The translations under genes were made by a program, and so were the position numbers. 64,000 nt of DNA from a virus: IMG/VR virus record IMGVR_UViG_3300025168_000038, positions 32,001 through 96,000 of that record; one strand, written 5' to 3'. Shown here one piece after another: positions 53,801-63,187 of the stretch. The stretch's first letter is position 1. Every line of letters begins with the position of its first letter. The notes below the pieces were generated by a model. That model saw nothing but the letters and a program-made list of their open reading frames with translations. It made no database searches and was not told the origin of the DNA.

Positions 53801-55517
53801 AACTTCCCTCAGCATTATAATGTCCCATATTAGTACGGTATTTTTGTTTACCATCTACTGTTACTCTATTAGTTGGATCATCAATCATATCATCAAATAA
53901 AGGACTGGTGTTTGTATTATAACTATGAGCCAATTCATGACGTAATAAACCTTTTAAAGGATCTCCATAATTAGTTCTTATATTTCCAGAGTTGTCGTAT
54001 TGTAAACCAATAGAATAAGGGTAATTATAAGCATCTTTAGATATTATATCTGATGCTAATTTTCTATCATCTCCATATTGAAATGGTCTAGTCTCAAATG
54101 AAGCAATTGCGTTATCTCTTTTAATTTGAGTACTGTCTCCTGAACCATCACCATAATATGGACTATATGTAGTTGCTTCATTCTCTGATCCCGTATATGG
54201 ATAAACTATAGCATTATCTGATCCTGCATTTGTAAAATCTATTTGATTTTTAACATTCTTTTTAGCCACTTCAATATCTATATCTTTTCCAGTAACATGC
54301 TTATAGTTTGCTACATATCTATTTAAAAAAGTTTCACTATTTAATTTATTAATTAGTTCTTCTTTTTCTTCTTTAATAGGATAAGATCCAAGATTACCCA
54401 TTTGTCCTTTAGGTAATGTTTTAACTTTACCATTCTTAGTTCTAGCATATCTATTGTTTTCATTTTCCATGCTAGGAATAAGTGTGCCTGAGTATGATTT
54501 ACCTTTCCAATTCCAACTTACTGAGCCACCTCCTTTTTGAGCCTTTGGAATATATTCTCCTGAATCTTTATTTTCTTCTACATATATTCTATCATATATT
54601 TCAAAAGGTTTTACTATATTCTCTGTATCAACTCCTCTAAAATCATATTTATCATAAATAGATAAATATTTTTCCTTTCTTTCATTATCATATCCCCATT
54701 GAAGTTGAAACCCTTGTAGTGGGTCTCTTCCATAAAAATCATCTGCATCCATAAAGTCATCTTTAATAAACCTAGATAATCCTTCTACAAATTTTTTCTT
54801 TCCTTCAGTTTTATTATCATCTCCTTTGTCATAATCACCCATGTGTTTTATTAATTTATTCCAATCTATAACATCTGGATTTAATTTTACATATTTATCA
54901 TTAGGATTCTTTGCATCAGAAGGCATATATTCTGAAGGAATAAAATACTTTGCATCATTTGGAAGACCTAATGCCTTTGCCCATGCTTCCTCATCTATAC
55001 TATAACTACCATCCTTATCTAATACAGGTGGTTTACCTTCTTTACCAAAATAATCTCTCCATCCTGCACCAGCTAAACCAGATATACTTGGATACCCTTC
55101 AGGCCTAATTTGCTCAAAAAGCAGTCGTTTCATATTTGCATCATTCACATCATTTGAATACATATTATTATACAAACTATTAGCTGCATTTACCATCAAA
55201 GCATTGTCACTACGACTTCTATCTACAACCCTTTCTCCAACATTACCTTCCTGAGCCATAGGTATTTCAAATACTTGATCTCCTGGAAACTCATAATTCA
55301 TACCTGGTTGCATCATTTGTGAGTTGCCTAAGTTATCTGTACCTAGTACAGGAAACTCCACATCTTCCATAGTAATACTTCCTGACTCAATAATGTTAAA
55401 AGGATTATCTACATCAGGACTATTAAACTTATACCCCTCTATAGATAAATATTCTGATATATCAGTAATATATTCATTTGGTCCTCCTGGTAATCCTATG
55501 CTTTTTTTATTTGCCAT
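50811..55517 (-). CDS. Modular virion protein (1568 aa) with two HExxH domains and a lysozyme-like domain
   Basis: LLRHELAH..E, EVHELNH..E and IAFHESG...GRGMFQF; six xxxxG(G) junctions. Confidence 0.72.
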   Translation of the reverse strand: MANKKSIGLPGGPNEYITDISEYLSIEGYKFNSPDVDNPFNIIESGSITMEDVEFPVLGTDNLGNSQMMQPGMNYEFPGDQVFEIPMAQEGNVGERVVDRSRSDNALMVNAANSLYNNMYSNDVNDANMKRLLFEQIRPEGYPSISGLAGAGWRDYFGKEGKPPVLDKDGSYSIDEEAWAKALGLPNDAKYFIPSEYMPSDAKNPNDKYVKLNPDVIDWNKLIKHMGDYDKGDDNKTEGKKKFVEGLSRFIKDDFMDADDFYGRDPLQGFQLQWGYDNERKEKYLSIYDKYDFRGVDTENIVKPFEIYDRIYVEENKDSGEYIPKAQKGGGSVSWNWKGKSYSGTLIPSMENENNRYARTKNGKVKTLPKGQMGNLGSYPIKEEKEELINKLNSETFLNRYVANYKHVTGKDIDIEVAKKNVKNQIDFTNAGSDNAIVYPYTGSENEATTYSPYYGDGSGDSTQIKRDNAIASFETRPFQYGDDRKLASDIISKDAYNYPYSIGLQYDNSGNIRTNYGDPLKGLLRHELAHSYNTNTSPLFDDMIDDPTNRVTVDGKQKYRTNMGHYNAEGSLLKVYEDLFGKENFKDFNMHAGMPAEISSAKAETEGRLLDEGIWDYNKEKFGSSQFEKMLNTNEKLVPNNSEAQLHFQSMEFSNLKGMMNDLKNFDKNDNKRKLRDVYDEGYNVSTFDEQDSFYDSWLQDNKRYSFEDGPYGDKSPYQNAKYLLKNSKTKRGKKYNKALEFVEGVDNIQNIADQKSIIDYRKGLENDINDLRPEVERKMKIYFNELVQENNPNQPVMAQQGYEFRQGDENLFQKEIFDYKNFADKLASPFTAFGYSARNEPIPKGLNVSNPERNNLDMLVDVFNPFAWAQYAENSKRDFEEGEILSGSLNALGAIPVIPAWLSRAKIGELPKMINKLINPKAPSLIKDQVKKYSGNTPRNLDDITPVKGVRPPHIGRGGADIMPEGSNLQKPLQQLAAGADSFRATIQKRLNDLKPGSEGFERLVEAEAKYLQSVGQPYNKVFAERNALARYNELVSAKGNTINDNALAMWKDAIGDPKHVNHNIARELFKNNDGLYFNAWFQNAPRKAVYETGDFVPKKYLDPVTGVEMPFPDELYNKYLADPNMVINLKRLGKESIPGKVTTGMKYSNNAPVEVHELNHLLQAGRKMPLDDYARKLTPSANLSKTGKAQWEYFKEGSSGQEPTSYLAELRQSMLDRGIIKNIYDKITPNKLIQAEVSFANKPRGFYDYGWDRGGKNSGFLSNTRVLDLYEKTAKNREILSRALNKLPAAIPVVGASTALSQEQDGGFIPSRSQIIVSEDEQNKKNNQVLGLTNIIDYMVESRGGNEKTWTDLADNIAFHESGPQQRMNPLARQITKDGEKDGLGRGMFQFEPESFDTAKTRYKNVAEAAGKKTGIKYTLNENILNAESALDLSAKDQYTLFFANLIESPAVLKDYADGKLSMADVWLKGHKNVSKKGNRKSFANSMEAAKKELGKTGFLQFSLEDLLPYKKGGESEMLNTYKNYINGKVKSQEANNIYDKLNRIHLNDARRMGMSVPNYIMTHL

Positions 55518-55523
55518 ATTTAA

Positions 55524-58500
55524 TTATCTTTGAGACAGGTTTAATTTAGTATTGTTTAATCTTAACAACATCTTTCTATTATTAGATTGCATTCTTCTTA
55601 GCAATACGTGATTAGAATAATGTCTAAACTTCTTACGTTGTGTTTCAGGCTTGTTGTAATTTAAGTTAATACTATTAAGTGTTCTTACATAACCATTACA
55701 TGACGTTGACCATACAGGTTGTTCAGCATTTGTAAATTCACCTCTATCATTTGTTATATCCCAAAATTGGTTTAATCTAAATTTATGTTCTACTTTGTCT
55801 GCTAATACATTTATATTTTGTGAACCTATAATTGGATAAGTTAATTCATTCCATGGGTTATTATAAGGTGACATATTTAATAATAATAATCCTGAAACTT
55901 GTTCATTGTTATATATTGTAGCTTGATCAAAATTAAAGTTCAAATCTTCATATGCATCACCACCACATGCATTATCCATAGTACCTTTATAAACATAAGT
56001 TTCTAATTGGTATTCTATGCTTCTTATTGTATTTACTGCTTGTCCTGTATTACTAATAAGATCTATCTCCCATGGATAATCAGTTCCATAAAAATTACTA
56101 AACAAATCACATCTAACGTTGTGTCTCCAAAAAGAACTTACATTATAGTTTGGAGGGGTCTGTACTAAAGTATTGTAATTACATAAAGCTGGATCAGGAT
56201 CTACCCATGCTGGATCCCCTATAGAATATATTTCTGGTGGAGTATCAGGACATGTGCCGCCTGATGGAGGTGGTATTAGGGTTCCATTAGTATCACAACT
56301 GCATTCTACTTTTCTACAAATAGGTGGTGTACCTGCTTGATTAGCAGCATCACAATCATCTGTGGCAGAAGTCAGTGAGTTATAGAAACCTGTAGCAGGA
56401 TCTAAAAATACTTTTGTATATCCAGCTGGACATGTACAAACAAATGGTACTGAGCATACATTACCAGCTATGGTTTCTGCAGCTAATGTTAAACTAGCAG
56501 CATCATTTGCTGCCATTATTACTTGTGCTGAACTTGGTGTACTAGTAGAAATATTATATGTTGTATTAGTAGCAGCATTTAATACAATTGGGCTTTGCGG
56601 AACTGAAAATTGTCCTCCTTGATTTGGTGGTGCTAAAGGAGCACAAAATACAGAATATATTTCTTGCTTAAATTCACTTTGTAAAGTTGGTTCATTTTGT
56701 GCCCAACTTCCAGTATTATTTGGTATAATAGATGGAGGTATAGAATAAAATGAAGGCTGCCCTTGATTACCTTGATTATATCCAGCTGTAAATGCAGGAT
56801 CTAATCCTACAGAAGTTTGAGTAAAATTTGAACTTTGACTTATTCCTGTCATATATAAATCACCACCATAACCATTTGCTACTACGTTTCCATCAGTAAT
56901 AACAATCATTATTTGTTTAAAAAATGAATCTAATGATCTTGCAGGATAAGCACTTGCACCTAATTCACTTTGATTTTTCTTATTTAAACAATTAAGACCA
57001 GTCTCTACGTTAAATTGATTTTCAGGAGCTACACCTGAAATATTAAAATTAGCATTTCCTCCACCACTTACTGGTCCAAGACCCGTTCCTACTGACAAAC
57101 GTGTCTCGTCATTTTCCCAGTTTTTATAATAAAATGCAATTATTTCACATACATCACAATTATGCTTCATAGTATAAATACCACCTTGCAACAAACGGAA
57201 TGTATGTGTAGACCATGCAGTAAAACCTATTTGCATTGTTTCTGCAGCTAATTGTGCTACAACGCCAGGATCAGTTAAAAATGAATATAAAAATTTTAAT
57301 TGTGCGTTACCTCTATCGGCTAATCCTCCAGGTGAGTTACCAGGCCCTTGAGGAAAAGTAAATGATCCATATGATAAACCAGCACATTCAATTGGAATCC
57401 AATTAAGATTAGTTAAAAGACCACCTGTTGTACTACCTGAAACATCCATAGAAAAAACTAGATCTAATAAACAATCTGTAGAACCACCTGTAATTGTTGC
57501 AGCTAATTCACTTACATCAACATTAGAAGGAGCATTAAAATTAGATCCCTGTTCACACAACCCTGTTGTAGGATTAAAATTATAACCCGGAGGACATTGT
57601 GGAATAGTTGTAGTTGTTGTCTTAGTAGTAAAGAAATGATTTATACTTGGTAAAGATAATTCAGGATGCCAGTCATGGAATGAAATCCATGCTTTAGTTT
57701 TTGGATCATAACTTATAGTCCATGAACAATCATCAAAATATATTGGGTCTCCTAAAGTAATAACAACACCATCAGCTGCTGTAGCTCCTGTGTTCAATAT
57801 AAATCCTTCAGAAAGATTAAATGAAACTGTAGCTATGTGTTCTTTTTTTACTTTATAATCTCTTTTCATAAAATAGACTATATCATCATTAGCATCATAT
57901 ACTGTTTGACATCCAATACCTGCAACCGGATTATCAGCCAAAGGTGAATTCTCTAAATCAGGAAACTGTTTAATTAATGATGATGGTAAATACTCACTAA
58001 ACCAATACTTCATACCTTGATTAGATATAGGTGTAAGTCCTTTACCAGGAGCATATTGAAATATTTTACCTTGTGCTTGTGATATATAAAATAATCCAGC
58101 AGGTGTGTTCATTACACTTCTTAAACTTTCACATGATCCATATTCATTAGATACATCTGCATTGGCAATATTTTGAAAAGGCTGGCTAAACAATCCTCCA
58201 TCACCAATTGTCAACTTAGTATCAGTCATTGTTTTAAGCTGATCTACACCTTGAAAAAGTTGTGGAGATAAAAATGGAAAAAATACTACAGCTCCACTTT
58301 TACTAAATGGTTTAATTACACTAACTTCACCTTTAAAGTCTTTGTAATTAAATGGTAAAAATACTCTCCAAAAATCTTTTTTTAGTTCATTCTGTGCTTG
58401 TAATGAATAGATTAATCTTTTAGGATAAATAGTAAAACAAGTCTCTGCAACAGTAGGGTCATAACTTCTTGATTGTATTTGACCAAATGTAGTTATCTGT

Positions 58501-61500
58501 GATTGAAACTTTGCAGGTGTTAATGATTCATCATACTTATAGTAATTGTCAAACTTTTGAATCTCTGCATGAAATAGTTCTACTAAGTCATTGTATTTAT
58601 AAATATCATAAAATCTTTTTTCTTTTGGTTCTTCATAATCTCTATACGCTATATTAATTTCTGTCTCTACAAAGAAATCATTTATACCGTTAACGTGAGT
58701 ATACATATAAGCATGAACCATACTAAATGCGTCATTTAAATCATCACCTTGAAAAAGAGATCCAAATATATCAGATACACCACAAGTATTTTCACCTCTA
58801 TCTAAATAAAATAAATCTTTAGGTAGAACTGGACCTGAACCAGGTAACAAAGCAGATAAACCTGCTGTAGAAATAACTTCTGCTAATCCAGAAATATCAT
58901 ACTTCCTTGTATCCATCCAAAATCTTGGGTAAGGTAAATTTACTCTTAAACTATAATCATATGGAAAACCATCATATTGACCCATCATAAAATCAGTAAA
59001 TATTGGCATAATACATTTTTCAGTATATCTACCTATAAAAACATCACCACTAAAAATTGGATCTGTTGTATACATAAATGTATCAGGAAGTGTTGGATCA
59101 AGATGTGCAACACAACCTCTCATTTGTATTTGTTTGATGCCTTCTAATTGACCATATTGATTGCTCATATTGAACTTAAGGGCACCATACATTGCTGATA
59201 TATTTTCTTTAAACGGACCTTCAGGATTTAATAATCTTTCATTAGAATTGCTAGGGTCAACACCATTACCTGCATCATTAATAAATCCACCTGCAACAAA
59301 TCTTGATCTATCAGTAACACTGTAATTAGAATCAAAAGGATCACTAGTAGATACAGCAACATAATCTGGTCTAAATAAATTATTTATTTTATATTTATTA
59401 TTATCAAATGTTTGAAAAGATGAACCTAAATAATTAGATGCTTCTGTGTTACTTCTAAATCTGTTATCATAACCAAGTGGATTAAACCCACTATAAAAAC
59501 CATGTGAGTTATACTTTAAAGCATGCTGTTGAAATGAAATCATATTATATATCAAGTCTACTACTTCTTGACCACCTATTGCAATATTTTTTTGAGTTAA
59601 TAAAAACCCTATAGCTATTCTTATAGGTTTAGGTAAATTTGAATCTGGTGAATCTCTAACAACACCTTGTTGTGCACCACCACCCATAAAACCATCTCCA
59701 AATGCTTGTGCTTGATCTATATTTTCTATTGCTAAATCATTTATTTCATCGGTTGTAGATTTACCTGAAACAAAATCAGTTATGCTATTCCATGTATTAT
59801 TTAAAAATTGAGAAACTTGTTGCCATATATTTCCTCCAATACCTGAACCAGTTACATTATTGTAATAATCTTGAATGTTATCTCCAGCTCCAGTATATGC
59901 ATTACTGCCCTTTTCATTATTATCACCATCTATTTCTCCACCACTTCTATTATTTAAATTTACTGTTGCAAGACCAGGTGGTACTGTTAAACTAACAAAT
60001 CCACCACCTCCTTTTTGTTCTTCACCTTTTATTTTCCATTCTGGAAAAGCATTGTTAATAGCTTGTACAGGCATTGCTCTTGTATCAGGAGTTCCTTGAA
60101 TTTGCCTAATAGAATAACCAAGACCTACAAACCCAGCTAACATTGCAGCAAGTCCTCTTAATAATTTTTGCCCCGGATGATTTTCAGATGAAATAAAACC
60201 ACCTGAAGATGCACCATTTATTTCTCCATAAATTTTAGTTTCATTAGCATTTAAAAAAGGCCTAGTAAACATTAAATCTGGGGAATGAAAAGAAAATACA
60301 TCTTCCGTATAACCACTTAATGCAGGATATGAACTTACAGATTGTGCTATACCATCGTCACAATCTTCTGTTCTATCTTGAGAAAAATAAACATCATCTC
60401 TTAAATCATTATATGGATAGTTAGCATAAAGTCCTTGTATGCTTCCACCTATTAAATTTTCATTATCTGGTACATCATACTTACGCATGTTTTTAAACAT
60501 ACCTTTTGCTAAAATACTTTTAGCTCCAAGTCTTGAACCTCTTAATATTTCATAACCAACTACATTTGGTATATAAGTTATACCATCATTTAATAATGGT
60601 CTACCTATATTGCTAAATTCTACACCAAGTATATTTATACTATCTCCTGCATCTTCAGTTAAATGTAACTGATTACCTCCACTTTGTTCAGAAGGCATTT
60701 TATGATGCCTAATATATTCTCCACAAAGGCTACCCCATATTTCTGGTCTGTTAGGATATCTTTCTGTTGATTGCCAGTATCCCATATCCCCTTTGGCAAT
60801 TATAGTTGTCTCATCACTAAGTTGAATATTCACTGGTTGAGTTACTACTCCTGTATTATATATTTCAAATAAATATTCTTCTGTTCCCAATACATTGATG
60901 GAATTAGAAGAAGTTATTAAGTCATCTTCAGCAATAACCAAACCATTTGGCAATGTATAATCTTGAGGTGGTCTACCAGGTATGTGATAAGATGAAGACC
61001 TTTCTCCTGTATTATATATCCATCTTATGAAAAATGCATATTGTTCATCACGCATAAATCCTAGTTTGTTTCCTGCTTTATTATAATAATTACTAGGAAC
61101 TTTATTTACAACAAATTTAGTTATTATATTATTTGCAATAGGTTGATAATTAAAATCAAATTGCTCAGATGGTCCTTGTCTTATTAACCAATCATTTACT
61201 ACAAACATAGATTGTGACTTCTCATATGAAGGAGAAATATAAAATAAATTCTCTGCACTTTCAGACACTAATGATGGATCAATAAAGTCTATACTTATAT
61301 CAGTTATTTCTGTACTATACAGTCCAATTATTTTTCTAAATAACTGTCCTTGATTTCTTATTAATAGTGTTAACTGAAAATTATCAAATCTTTTATCTAG
61401 ATTGGATATAGTTATATCCAAACCACATGCGTTATCAGAATGGTTCCATAAAGTTTGTATATTAGAAATACCAATATAATCACTTACTCTTTGTTCATTT

Positions 61501-62183
61501 TGCACATAAGCAACATAAGCCTGATAAGATCCATCTTCTAATAAACCACCATCCCTACTCTTATTTAATTTAATACATGGTGTACTCATTAAAGGTGCTA
61601 ACCTAATCTCTTCACAATCTAATCTTAGAGGTTGTGCATCAGGATATATTAGACATGGTTCAATACCTGTTGGGTTATCATAATCTTTAATGTATGGTAC
61701 ATTATCTATATTTAATGTTCTTGATGGATTGTTACTATCATCCCAGTATACTTGCCATGTACAATCAAAATTCTCTTTTGAAGCACCTGTAATTAAAAAC
61801 TTCTTTTTAAAATTTAAACACTGATCATTTACTATTGTAGTATATTTACATTCACTGTCATCAAATCTACCTATTTCAGAATTTATATCATCTGTAGAAT
61901 ATACAATCCATTCATCTCCATATCTATGTATAGCACCTATAACTGTATAAGGAATAACACCACACTGTAAATTTGCTGGCTCATTACCAATTAGACCTAC
62001 ATCACCATCATTATCATTATTTGCTGCATTTCTAGCATGCCACCAAGCATTATTTAACTCAAGAGACTGAGCAATATCTTTGTTCATCCCTTTTGTAAAA
62101 CTGTTTGTTCTTACAGATGATGAAGAAAACTTAGGTTTTGCAGCAGGTTTTTTAGAAGCAGGTGTAGACTTTTTCTTTGCCAT
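55524..62183 (-). CDS. Tail stabilisation/muzzle protein (P22 gp10-like) with vWA and Cys-rich insert (2219 aa)
   Basis: FTKGMNKD N-terminus, GFMRDEQYAF and WTISY.P..KAWISFHDW are typical of crAss-like stabilisation proteins; DLVFSMDVSGS...IVITDG vWA. Confidence 0.8.
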   Translation of the reverse strand: MAKKKSTPASKKPAAKPKFSSSSVRTNSFTKGMNKDIAQSLELNNAWWHARNAANNDNDGDVGLIGNEPANLQCGVIPYTVIGAIHRYGDEWIVYSTDDINSEIGRFDDSECKYTTIVNDQCLNFKKKFLITGASKENFDCTWQVYWDDSNNPSRTLNIDNVPYIKDYDNPTGIEPCLIYPDAQPLRLDCEEIRLAPLMSTPCIKLNKSRDGGLLEDGSYQAYVAYVQNEQRVSDYIGISNIQTLWNHSDNACGLDITISNLDKRFDNFQLTLLIRNQGQLFRKIIGLYSTEITDISIDFIDPSLVSESAENLFYISPSYEKSQSMFVVNDWLIRQGPSEQFDFNYQPIANNIITKFVVNKVPSNYYNKAGNKLGFMRDEQYAFFIRWIYNTGERSSSYHIPGRPPQDYTLPNGLVIAEDDLITSSNSINVLGTEEYLFEIYNTGVVTQPVNIQLSDETTIIAKGDMGYWQSTERYPNRPEIWGSLCGEYIRHHKMPSEQSGGNQLHLTEDAGDSINILGVEFSNIGRPLLNDGITYIPNVVGYEILRGSRLGAKSILAKGMFKNMRKYDVPDNENLIGGSIQGLYANYPYNDLRDDVYFSQDRTEDCDDGIAQSVSSYPALSGYTEDVFSFHSPDLMFTRPFLNANETKIYGEINGASSGGFISSENHPGQKLLRGLAAMLAGFVGLGYSIRQIQGTPDTRAMPVQAINNAFPEWKIKGEEQKGGGGFVSLTVPPGLATVNLNNRSGGEIDGDNNEKGSNAYTGAGDNIQDYYNNVTGSGIGGNIWQQVSQFLNNTWNSITDFVSGKSTTDEINDLAIENIDQAQAFGDGFMGGGAQQGVVRDSPDSNLPKPIRIAIGFLLTQKNIAIGGQEVVDLIYNMISFQQHALKYNSHGFYSGFNPLGYDNRFRSNTEASNYLGSSFQTFDNNKYKINNLFRPDYVAVSTSDPFDSNYSVTDRSRFVAGGFINDAGNGVDPSNSNERLLNPEGPFKENISAMYGALKFNMSNQYGQLEGIKQIQMRGCVAHLDPTLPDTFMYTTDPIFSGDVFIGRYTEKCIMPIFTDFMMGQYDGFPYDYSLRVNLPYPRFWMDTRKYDISGLAEVISTAGLSALLPGSGPVLPKDLFYLDRGENTCGVSDIFGSLFQGDDLNDAFSMVHAYMYTHVNGINDFFVETEINIAYRDYEEPKEKRFYDIYKYNDLVELFHAEIQKFDNYYKYDESLTPAKFQSQITTFGQIQSRSYDPTVAETCFTIYPKRLIYSLQAQNELKKDFWRVFLPFNYKDFKGEVSVIKPFSKSGAVVFFPFLSPQLFQGVDQLKTMTDTKLTIGDGGLFSQPFQNIANADVSNEYGSCESLRSVMNTPAGLFYISQAQGKIFQYAPGKGLTPISNQGMKYWFSEYLPSSLIKQFPDLENSPLADNPVAGIGCQTVYDANDDIVYFMKRDYKVKKEHIATVSFNLSEGFILNTGATAADGVVITLGDPIYFDDCSWTISYDPKTKAWISFHDWHPELSLPSINHFFTTKTTTTTIPQCPPGYNFNPTTGLCEQGSNFNAPSNVDVSELAATITGGSTDCLLDLVFSMDVSGSTTGGLLTNLNWIPIECAGLSYGSFTFPQGPGNSPGGLADRGNAQLKFLYSFLTDPGVVAQLAAETMQIGFTAWSTHTFRLLQGGIYTMKHNCDVCEIIAFYYKNWENDETRLSVGTGLGPVSGGGNANFNISGVAPENQFNVETGLNCLNKKNQSELGASAYPARSLDSFFKQIMIVITDGNVVANGYGGDLYMTGISQSSNFTQTSVGLDPAFTAGYNQGNQGQPSFYSIPPSIIPNNTGSWAQNEPTLQSEFKQEIYSVFCAPLAPPNQGGQFSVPQSPIVLNAATNTTYNISTSTPSSAQVIMAANDAASLTLAAETIAGNVCSVPFVCTCPAGYTKVFLDPATGFYNSLTSATDDCDAANQAGTPPICRKVECSCDTNGTLIPPPSGGTCPDTPPEIYSIGDPAWVDPDPALCNYNTLVQTPPNYNVSSFWRHNVRCDLFSNFYGTDYPWEIDLISNTGQAVNTIRSIEYQLETYVYKGTMDNACGGDAYEDLNFNFDQATIYNNEQVSGLLLLNMSPYNNPWNELTYPIIGSQNINVLADKVEHKFRLNQFWDITNDRGEFTNAEQPVWSTSCNGYVRTLNSINLNYNKPETQRKKFRHYSNHVLLRRMQSNNRKMLLRLNNTKLNLSQR

Positions 62184-62200
62184 GTCTTGAGTTTATTATT

Positions 62201-63187
62201 TTATGATGCTGATGTTTGAGATGCGGTTCCACATCCAGCTGTTGCATCTTGTACAACAGAGTTTCTACCACTTGTTACTACATTTGGTCCTGCCAATGTA
62301 GGATTAATAGGAGCATAACTTAGAAACATATTATAATAATTATGATATTGTGCCCTTCTATTCATTGTCCATACCTTTTGCATTTCTGCAAAATCAGGAG
62401 TATTAACAAAAGATAATGCATTGTTTCTTGCTGCACGCAATCTAGTTTCTATTAAACCAAGTTGTTGAGATACATTCTCACCTTGCCACACCATGTTTTC
62501 TAATATTCTTTGCTTTATAGCATATTCATAATACTCATTACAATATGGTTGATCTAATACTAATAAATCACCAGAAGCATCTTCCATAGCACCTTGATAA
62601 CTTAAATATACTTTACCTGTTCTAAATGTTGTAATTAAAAATCCATCTTTTATTTGTGCAATGTCTAATGCTTGTGCACCCAAAGATGGACAAAAACAAA
62701 CTGGGTCATTAACATTTTGAATTCTTAACTGTGTCCAACTTGAAAATTGTCTATATTGATTAGGACCTACTCTTTGAATAAGTTGATGACTGTTTTCTCC
62801 ATCACAAGTTTTTATAACACATACGTCTTTACATGTATCATCTTTACTACAAGGAGACATTTCTCCTGGAGCTGGTACATAGGGTACATCATTAAAAGTT
62901 TCTACGTGTGTGCCTGAGGGCATAGTATTATTAATAGTGTATGACCCGCATCTAAATGCATAATTTAAAAAAGCAAAATCCATTGGTAATTGTGCTCTAC
63001 CATGTTCAATATCTAATACTACTTCTTTAGTTCTATGTATTTTTAATCCCAAATCATAATTAACTCTAGTTGCAACTTTAATTAATTGTTGAGGTTCAAT
63101 CATTCCTTCTAATGCATATGTAGAAAAATCAATGGAAACATCTTCCATCAACTGACTGAATGTTCTATATTTTTGTGATACTCCCAT
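62201..63187 (-). CDS. Tail tubular/ring protein (328 aa)
   Basis: Synteny upstream of the stabilisation protein; G.VYLSY.G..ED..G...V.D..Y..EY.EY pattern. Confidence 0.7.
   Translation of the reverse strand: MGVSQKYRTFSQLMEDVSIDFSTYALEGMIEPQQLIKVATRVNYDLGLKIHRTKEVVLDIEHGRAQLPMDFAFLNYAFRCGSYTINNTMPSGTHVETFNDVPYVPAPGEMSPCSKDDTCKDVCVIKTCDGENSHQLIQRVGPNQYRQFSSWTQLRIQNVNDPVCFCPSLGAQALDIAQIKDGFLITTFRTGKVYLSYQGAMEDASGDLLVLDQPYCNEYYEYAIKQRILENMVWQGENVSQQLGLIETRLRAARNNALSFVNTPDFAEMQKVWTMNRRAQYHNYYNMFLSYAPINPTLAGPNVVTSGRNSVVQDATAGCGTASQTSAS

Noticed and set aside
53294-59995. Same-strand alternate-frame ORFs such as 53294-53485, and ORF 59792-59995
   Set aside because: Nested in large genes with low-complexity translations; no evidence of independent coding.
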